IMG/VR virus record: IMGVR_UViG_2541047681_000005
DNA from: a virus
Lineage: Duplodnaviria; Heunggongvirae; Uroviricota; Caudoviricetes
DNA length: 12,615 nt
Strand: one strand, 5' to 3'
Within the stretch, counting starts at the first letter, position 1, and the number at the start of each line of letters is the position of its first letter. A model generated the notes under the pieces. That model was not told the DNA's origin, made no database searches, and saw only the letters and a list, made by a program, of their open reading frames with translations. This document shows positions 7,455-12,615 of this stretch, piece by piece. Made by a program: the position numbers and the translations under genes.

Positions 7455-8509
7455 TGGCAGGCAAAGCAACGGCACTTAACACTAACCAGCTTTTCATGTA
7501 CCTGAATCGCGGGGATATTGCGGATTTTAAATTCAGCCCTCTGTTTACTACGCTGTTTTTCCCGAACGTGGCGACATTCAGCACGCAAAACATCATGCTG
7601 GATACCCTGGACATTGAAGAAGTCACCATGTCGGCGTTTTGTTCGCCTATGGTGGGTAGCCAGGTTCAGCGCGATAAAGGGTACGAAACCAGCACGATTA
7701 AACCTGGCTACATGAAGCCAAAGCACGAAATCGATCCAACGAAAACCATCATGCGCATGGCTGGAGAAGATCCGGCACAGCTTAACGACCCTACCTATCG
7801 CCGTATGCGCCTGATTACTGGCAATATGCGCCGCCAGATAAACGCCATAAAAGCGCGCGTGGAATGGCTGGCGGTAAATGCGGTAACGACCGGAAAAAAC
7901 ATCATTGAGGGCGAAGGCATAGAGCGCTATGAAATCGACTGGAAGATACCGGAAAAAAACATCATAGAGCAGGCCGACGGGAAAAAATGGTCAGAGCAGG
8001 ACAAAGAAACCCACGATCCAATCTATGATATCGAACTATACGCCGATCAGGCTGGTTGCCCCGCAAACGTCATGATTATGGGCGCTGAGGTATGGCGAAC
8101 GTTACGCAGCTTTAAAAAATTCCGTGAGCTGTACGATCTTTCCCGTGGTTCAGAATCCGCCGCCGAACTGGCCTGTAAAAACCTGGGCGAAGTGGTGAGC
8201 TTTAAAGGCTATCTTGGTGATCTGGCCCTTATCGTCTATTCCGGCAAATACACTGACAGCGATGGTACCGAAAAATATTTCCTTGAGCCTGATTTGCTGG
8301 TCCTGGGCAACACCAACAATAAAGGGCTGGTGGCCTATGGTGCGATAATGGATCAGGAAGCGGTAAGAACGGGCGCAACACAAAACATGTTTTACCCGAA
8401 AAACTGGATTGAGGACGGCGATCCGGCGATTGAGTACGTGCAGACACACAGTGCACCGCAGCCGGTACCGGCAGATATTCGCAAATTTGTTACCGTCAAA
8501 ATTGGTTAA
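7454..8509 (+). CDS. Major capsid protein, lambda gpE family
   Basis: 351-aa product aligns by eye along its length with lambda gpE (341 aa): [163 protein letters not shown] upstream. Confidence 0.9.
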   Translation: [351 protein letters not shown]

Positions 8510-8521
8510 CGGGGGGATTCT

Positions 8522-8857
8522 ATGGACACTCCATACATTGAGTTATTTGCAGGCAGTCAGCAGGTCGCCACGACGCTGGTACATTTTGCCGCTGATGCTG
8601 GCGTTATTCAGGAATTTACCCCGCTGATGCTGGCAGACAATGGCGAGTTTAAGCCGTGGGATGGTCAGGAATCTGGCAAGGCTGTTTATCTGACCTCGTA
8701 CCCTGTGGACACGTCAAAGCAGAAATCAGCACAGTGTTACAAGACGGGGATTTTCAATATTGCCGCCGTTAACTGGCCTGAGAGCGTCGACACCGATGCG
8801 AAAAAATGCGCCGCCTTTGCGGGTTCTGGCGTATCCGTTCAGCCGCTGGCCCGATAA
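8522..8857 (+). CDS. Head decoration protein, lambda gpD family
   Basis: 111-aa product (lambda gpD is 110 aa) with TPLMLADNGEFKPWDG vs TPLMLDTSSRKLVAWDG and YKTGIFNIAAVNWPESVDTDAKKCAAFAGSGVSVQ vs [44 protein letters not shown] upstream. Order is capsid then decoration, the reverse of lambda (D then E). Confidence 0.85.
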   Translation: MDTPYIELFAGSQQVATTLVHFAADAGVIQEFTPLMLADNGEFKPWDGQESGKAVYLTSYPVDTSKQKSAQCYKTGIFNIAAVNWPESVDTDAKKCAAFAGSGVSVQPLAR

Positions 8858-8869
8858 GCAGGGGGAACG

Positions 8870-9283
8870 ATGGCAACGAATGAAAGCGTCATGACGCTAC
8901 CGCTGGCGAGTAAATTTAAAGCCGAAGCGCGGGCAATGGCTGACAGAGGTTTATCAACCTACGAGGCCGTATATCAACTCAACAAACTGGAAGAGCAGGA
9001 CAAGCCGCGCGCTGATGCGATTATGGCGCTTCATGAACATAACGACTATCAGCCGCTGTTACGTGCAATGGCAAACGTGCCATGTATTAGCGTCGATAAT
9101 GCTCGTGAAATCCTGAACATGACCATAGAGCAGGAGCGCCCAAAGGTTGCGCCGGAGCTTACCGCAGCCTTTGAAAACTTTATGGACATGCACAGCCCGA
9201 AAGCCGTATCACCCGGCATGGCATACGACGGCAGAAACCAGGGCGATGAAGGCGACGTCGATCGCATACTGAAAACCATCTGA
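8870..9283 (+). CDS. Hypothetical protein (137 aa), last gene before cos
   Basis: ATG at 8870 with RBS AGGGGGA; followed by a strong terminator. No clear similarity to lambda FI or other remembered head proteins. Confidence 0.6.
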   Translation: MATNESVMTLPLASKFKAEARAMADRGLSTYEAVYQLNKLEEQDKPRADAIMALHEHNDYQPLLRAMANVPCISVDNAREILNMTIEQERPKVAPELTAAFENFMDMHSPKAVSPGMAYDGRNQGDEGDVDRILKTI

Positions 9284-9289
9284 CATAAG

Positions 9290-9312
9290 GCCGGAGAAAT
9301 CCGGCTTTTTTT
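9290..9312 (+). terminator. Rho-independent terminator after the capsid operon
   Basis: Hairpin GCCGGA-GAAA-TCCGGC followed by seven T (9306..9312); near-identical to the hairpin at 6849..6870. Confidence 0.75.
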
Positions 9313-9445
9313 ACGGGTCCTTTCCGGCATATGGACCCGTTACGGGGCGGCGACCTCGCGGGTTTTCGCTATTTATGACGTTTTTCCGTGAAGGTGACAC
9401 CACCACCACTTGATTAATATTTAACCATGCGGTTAAGGTAACATT
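9313..9445 (+). other. Lambda-type cos site (cosQ-like, cosN, short cosB) upstream of the TerS-like gene
   Basis: TACGGGTCCTTTCCGG...GTTACG|GGGCGGCGACCTCGCGGGTTTTCGCTATTTATGA closely matches the lambda cohesive-end region as remembered. Predicted 12-nt cohesive end GGGCGGCGACCT at 9345..9356. One R-site-like element (CGTTTTTCCGTG, about 9381..9392) and an AT-rich stretch follow. Confidence 0.75.
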
Positions 9446-9886
9446 ATGATTGATAAAGCTTGTTTTGTAAGTCAGCAGGAAATAGCTGAACATTTCAAGG
9501 TTAACAGAACCACTATTCGCGCATGGACCAAACAGGGGATGCCGTATCTTAATGCGGATCGCGGAAAGTCTGGCGGTTATCACATCGGGCATACATTGCT
9601 TTGGTCTTCAGGTAAAAGCCGTCTTGAGGCCATCAGATATCACGTAGAAACCAGTGCGCTGGAAAAAATTATGTTTGCCAGGCTGCTTTCATCTGAGCGT
9701 GACGAGTACTCCAGTGAAGAAACAGAACATCGATTTGATGAAGGTTTGCAGATTTACGGCTATTCACCGGAAGATGTGAGCAAGGCACGAAATAAAATGG
9801 CTGGCTTTCTGGCTGGGTGGCGTCATGCCGTAAGCGTTCGCCGTGCCAGCATGGAACAATCAGTCGTTACAGAACAGCAAAGTTAA
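9446..9886 (+). CDS. Small terminase-like protein, lambda Nu1-type DNA-binding N-terminus with divergent C-terminus (TerS/Rpp-like)
   Basis: 146-aa ORF about 90 bp downstream of cosN, as Nu1 is in lambda. N-terminus QQEIAEHFKVNRTTIRAWTKQGMPYL aligns with Nu1 KKQLADIFGASIRTIQNWQEQGMPVL (winged HTH). Shorter than Nu1 (181 aa) and the C-terminal region does not resemble Nu1's. Confidence 0.7.
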   Translation: MIDKACFVSQQEIAEHFKVNRTTIRAWTKQGMPYLNADRGKSGGYHIGHTLLWSSGKSRLEAIRYHVETSALEKIMFARLLSSERDEYSSEETEHRFDEGLQIYGYSPEDVSKARNKMAGFLAGWRHAVSVRRASMEQSVVTEQQS

Positions 9887-9915
9887 AAATCACTTTCTGT
9901 TACGCCATCAAATAC

Positions 9916-10012
9916 GCAATACAACAACCACGTATTTTTTTAAAACTATTTGATTCAATTAGCATTTTTTTATTTTTAGCATCAAAAAAACACTATCAGG
10001 TTGTTGTATTGC
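9916..10012. repeat. 14-bp perfect inverted repeat flanking a 69-bp AT-rich spacer
   Basis: GCAATACAACAACC (9916..9929) and its reverse complement GGTTGTTGTATTGC (9999..10012); a further direct ACAACAACC copy lies near 10060. Spacer contains T/A runs and repeated TAGCATTTTT. Confidence 0.55.
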
Positions 10013-10090
10013 TCTTTATTTTTACTTAGTTATCAAATGGATATGACAAACAATTAAACAACAACCTCCCTCTAAAAAAGCTCATAAATA

Positions 10091-10145
10091 GCGAAAAACC
10101 GCGAGGTCGCCGCCCCGTAACGGGCCATAATTCCAGGAAGGACCC
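10091..10145 (-). other. Second cos-like sequence in inverted orientation (cosQ/cosN-like, no recognisable cosB)
   Basis: Reverse complement of 10091..10145 reads CGGGTCCTTCCTGGAATTATGGCCCGTTACGGGGCGGCGACCTCGCGGTTTTTCGCTATTTATGA, about 85% identical to cos at 9313..9380 including an intact GGGCGGCGACCT. No R-site-like element or TerS gene follows it on the minus strand. Confidence 0.6.
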
Positions 10146-10179
10146 GACGACACCAGACTATCAGAACGATGGGGGCACA

Positions 10180-10461
10180 ATGACAGAAGCCGAAATACTG
10201 CGATTAATCCGCCGCGTTGCCGGAATCAGCCAGCAGCATGACGAACAGGCCACGCAGCCGGACAGCGTGACCGCTGAAAATTATGTGCGTGTTGTTGCTG
10301 AGGTGATGCGCCGTGATGGTATCCAGCTTAATGATGTTGATATGCGCGACATACGGATCCGCGTTCTGGAAATGCTGGCCTACAATCGCCGCGTTGAACT
10401 GTATCGGGAGAAAGAAAAAATAACGTACCACTGGAAGAAGCCGGAGCGGTTGCGGCGGTAA
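10180..10461 (+). CDS. Hypothetical protein (93 aa)
   Basis: ATG at 10180 with RBS GGGGGC upstream; charged product (MTEAEILRLIRRVAG...). No family recognised. Whether it belongs to the satellite or the junction region is unresolved. Confidence 0.5.
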   Translation: MTEAEILRLIRRVAGISQQHDEQATQPDSVTAENYVRVVAEVMRRDGIQLNDVDMRDIRIRVLEMLAYNRRVELYREKEKITYHWKKPERLRR

Positions 10462-11154
10462 CTGGTTGATATTTTCGAAATTCGCCAGCGGCGAACATCG
10501 GGGAAACCAGCCTAACCCGTTGATATTTTCGGAAACCTCAATTTGAGGAAGTCGGCGCGGTAACTCGCTGAACTTAAAGCAAAGCGCAAAATTGCGCTTG
10601 CTGAATAATCATTATGATTACGCAGATGATTAAGGAATGACCGAAGGCGGAAATTCGCCTGTGGTTAATGGGGGAGTTGCAGATCTGCAACTCGACCATG
10701 AAACTACGGAAACTACCCGTAGTTTGGGTAGTAAGAGTAACACCCAGATTTTGGGGCTTACTCGTGATACCCAAATTTGGGGTATCGGTGGCAACCATAA
10801 CGACTTTCGTTACGGTTGATGCTTTTACCCCATTGGGGGAAAGGTATTACGATAATCATAACACCTACCGAACAGGTAAAGCCCACCAGCCTGATTAACG
10901 TTTAACCGGAAAAAAATTCCGGTAGGTGGGGATCCCCATATAGACATTAACGCCCCTCATGAATTGGTGCGCTTCCCCCTGGAAAGATGATCCGCCTGTA
11001 TATTTCTTGTGTCTATTTGTTCCACGTTGTTTCATACGGTGCACCGAACGGTGTAGTTAATGGTGTAGTCAATTTGCGATTTTTGGCACTTTTTCAGTGT
11101 AGATTATTTAATTAAATCAATGGTTTGTCTTGATATAGTGATAAAAGGACATAT
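10462..11154. other. Palindrome-dense non-coding tract between the last satellite ORF and phoQ (possible attR region or structured RNA)
   Basis: No convincing ORF. Direct repeat TAAC-nGTTGATATTTTCG-AAA at about 10459 and 10513. Hairpin-forming palindromes roughly every 30 bp, e.g. AAGCGCAAAATTGCGCTT, GTTGCAGATCTGCAAC, GATACCCAAATTTGGGGTATC, CCGGAAAAAAATTCCGG, TGGGGATCCCCA, CGGTGCACCG. Tandem GGTGTAGT(T/C)AAT at 11050..11073. Confidence 0.4.
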
Positions 11155-12615
11155 TTATTCATCTTTCGGCGCAGAATGCTGGCGACCAAAAATCACTTCC
11201 ATCCGCGCACCGCCCAGCATGCTCTCTCCGGCGACGATTTTACCCTCATATTGCTCGGTGATTTCGCGGGCTACCGCCAGCCCCACACCTTGCCCAGGGC
11301 GTAAAGTATCAACCCGTTGACCACGGTCGAAAATGACCTCTCGCTTGCTTAATGGAATACCGGGGCCATCATCCTCGACCACAATATAGAGATGCTCGTC
11401 GGTTTGCCTTGCAGAAATTTCGACAAACTCGAGGCAATATTTACAGGCGTTATCCAGCACGTTGCCCATCACTTCGACAAAATCATTCTGCTCACCAACA
11501 AAGCTGATTTCTGGCGAGATATCGAGAGAGATATTGACCCCTTTGCGTTGATACACTTTGTTCAGCGCCGAGGTGAGATTGTCCAACAGTGGCGCGACCG
11601 GATGCAGCTCGCGGCTAAGCAATGTCCCGCCGCGCATACTGGCACGATGCAGGTAGTAGCCAATTTGCTGTGAAATGCGGCTGATTTGCTCCAGCATTAC
11701 CGGCTCAGCATCACTGACGCTCATCTTCTCACTACGCAGAGAACGCAGCGTACTTTGCAGCACCGCCAGTGGCGTTTTCAGACTATGGGTCAGGTCGGTG
11801 AGCGTTGTACGATATTTGTCGTAACGTTCGCGTTCACTTTTTAACAGTCGGTTCAGGTTTCGTACCAGACTGGTCAGTTCTCGCGTTGTGGCTGGATTGA
11901 GCAATTCACGGTTATGTTCTTCCAGTTCGCGGACTTCTTTTGCCAGGGCTTCGATGGGGCGTAAACTCCACCAGGCGGCGACCCACAGCAGCGGGATCAC
12001 TAACAGCAGATTGGCTGAGAGCACATAGATAAACCAGCTCCAGACCATATAGGAACTTTTTAGCTCCACCGGAATGGTATCCACCACCACAATGGTTAAC
12101 TTTGGCATCCGCGATGTTGCCGGGTAGACGTTTACCGCCACCGAGTGGGTCATCTCCGCGTCGTCATCATCTTCCCGCACTTCCTGCAACTGTTGCTGTA
12201 TCGAATGATCTCCACTCAGCAAGAGGCTGGTATCGTTAACATCCGCTTCAATTTCATGAAAACCATTCGATTTCAGCCAGTCAGGCTGGATCATCTTCAT
12301 CAGCCAGGGCACGTCACGTTGCGCCCATAAAAGCTGCCCGTTCTCATCATAAATTAGTGTCATCGTGGGGCTTTGCTTGTCGATATTTTCGGGTAACTCG
12401 ACATGCAACTTATTGTTTTCCCACTTCGCAAGGGTATAGAACAGATTGCTCTCGCCACGTAACAGCCGAAACGTGGTTTTATCGAAACTGACGCTATAAC
12501 CGATCAGCGCAACCATTCCGTAGGCAAGCGAAAGCACCAATACTACTGCTGCCGTTGCTAACAGAAAACGTACCCGCAGCGAGAGCGGGAAAAAAAGATG
12601 CAGTAATTTTTTCAT
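11155..12615 (-). CDS. phoQ: Sensor histidine kinase PhoQ (PhoP/PhoQ two-component system), complete
   Basis: 486-aa minus-strand ORF whose ATG is the last codon of the window. Two transmembrane segments, periplasmic acidic cluster EDDDDAE, H-box [15 protein letters not shown] and G-box DDGPGIP; reads as full-length Escherichia/Shigella-type PhoQ. Confidence 0.97.
   Translation of the reverse strand: MKKLLHLFFPLSLRVRFLLATAAVVLVLSLAYGMVALIGYSVSFDKTTFRLLRGESNLFYTLAKWENNKLHVELPENIDKQSPTMTLIYDENGQLLWAQRDVPWLMKMIQPDWLKSNGFHEIEADVNDTSLLLSGDHSIQQQLQEVREDDDDAEMTHSVAVNVYPATSRMPKLTIVVVDTIPVELKSSYMVWSWFIYVLSANLLLVIPLLWVAAWWSLRPIEALAKEVRELEEHNRELLNPATTRELTSLVRNLNRLLKSERERYDKYRTTLTDLTHSLKTPLAVLQSTLRSLRSEKMSVSDAEPVMLEQISRISQQIGYYLHRASMRGGTLLSRELHPVAPLLDNLTSALNKVYQRKGVNISLDISPEISFVGEQNDFVEVMGNVLDNACKYCLEFVEISARQTDEHLYIVVEDDGPGIPLSKREVIFDRGQRVDTLRPGQGVGLAVAREITEQYEGKIVAGESMLGGARMEVIFGRQHSAPKDE

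Larger units (their letters stand above)
1..10461 (+). mobile_element. Integrated phage satellite (PICI/P4-like island); right boundary unresolved, somewhere between 10462 and 11154
   Basis: Gene order int - alpA - small-ORF operon - primase - iteron ori - SSB-like - capsid/decoration - cos - TerS-like, nearly all on the + strand with RBS-coupled starts; flanked on the right by host phoQ. No portal, TerL or tail genes. attL would lie upstream of int, outside the window. Confidence 0.8.

Noticed and set aside
9817-10029. 70-aa ORF spanning the AT-rich region after the TerS-like gene
   Set aside because: Runs through low-complexity AT-rich DNA containing the inverted repeats, has no RBS and overlaps the TerS-like gene's 3' end.
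10574-10898. Small ORFs 10574..10798 (-), 10637..10819 (+), 10668..10898 (+) in the palindromic tract
   Set aside because: Mutually overlapping, no convincing RBS, and reading frames are dominated by the palindromes; more likely non-coding.
10905-10921. Hairpin CCGGAAAAAAATTCCGG as the phoQ rho-independent terminator
   Set aside because: No T-tract follows the stem on either strand; cannot be called a canonical intrinsic terminator.
10462-11154. tRNA or tmRNA 3' fragment marking attR
   Set aside because: No T-loop-like GTTCGAATC/GTTCAAATC followed by an acceptor stem and CCA was found by eye; without the left flank (attL) the att core cannot be identified.
10462-11154. Retron (msr/msd) or other reverse-transcriptase-associated ncRNA
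   Set aside because: No reverse transcriptase or any other enzyme gene adjacent; palindromes alone are insufficient.
11120-12330. ORFs 11120..11320, 11392..11673 and 12145..12330 on the + strand
   Set aside because: All antisense to the complete phoQ coding sequence; no support as genes.

Overview
The window is almost entirely an integrated phage satellite (PICI/P4-like chromosomal island) whose right edge abuts the 3' end of a complete phoQ sensor-kinase gene (minus strand, 11155..12615; the sequence reads as Escherichia/Shigella-type PhoQ). Reading left to right on the + strand: a P4-type tyrosine integrase (1..1230), an array of phased 10-bp repeats, an AlpA-family regulator (1596..1784), a divergent promoter/operator switch (2745..2826), a run of translationally coupled small ORFs, a P4-alpha-type primase/helicase (4092..5846), an iteron-type origin (5861..6086), an SSB-like gene, then a late-type operon with lambda gpE-like major capsid and gpD-like decoration proteins (7454..8857), a lambda-type cos site (9313..9445) and a Nu1-like small terminase (9446..9886). 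No portal, protease, scaffold, large terminase or tail genes are present, so the element probably depends on a lambdoid helper for those while supplying its own capsid shell and packaging specificity. Unusual points are a second cos-like copy in inverted orientation (10091..10145), a degenerate third copy (6871..6908), and a 690-bp palindrome-dense non-coding tract before phoQ. attL lies outside the window and attR could not be located. All homology statements rest on reading the translations against remembered reference proteins and the remembered lambda cos sequence; no database search was run.
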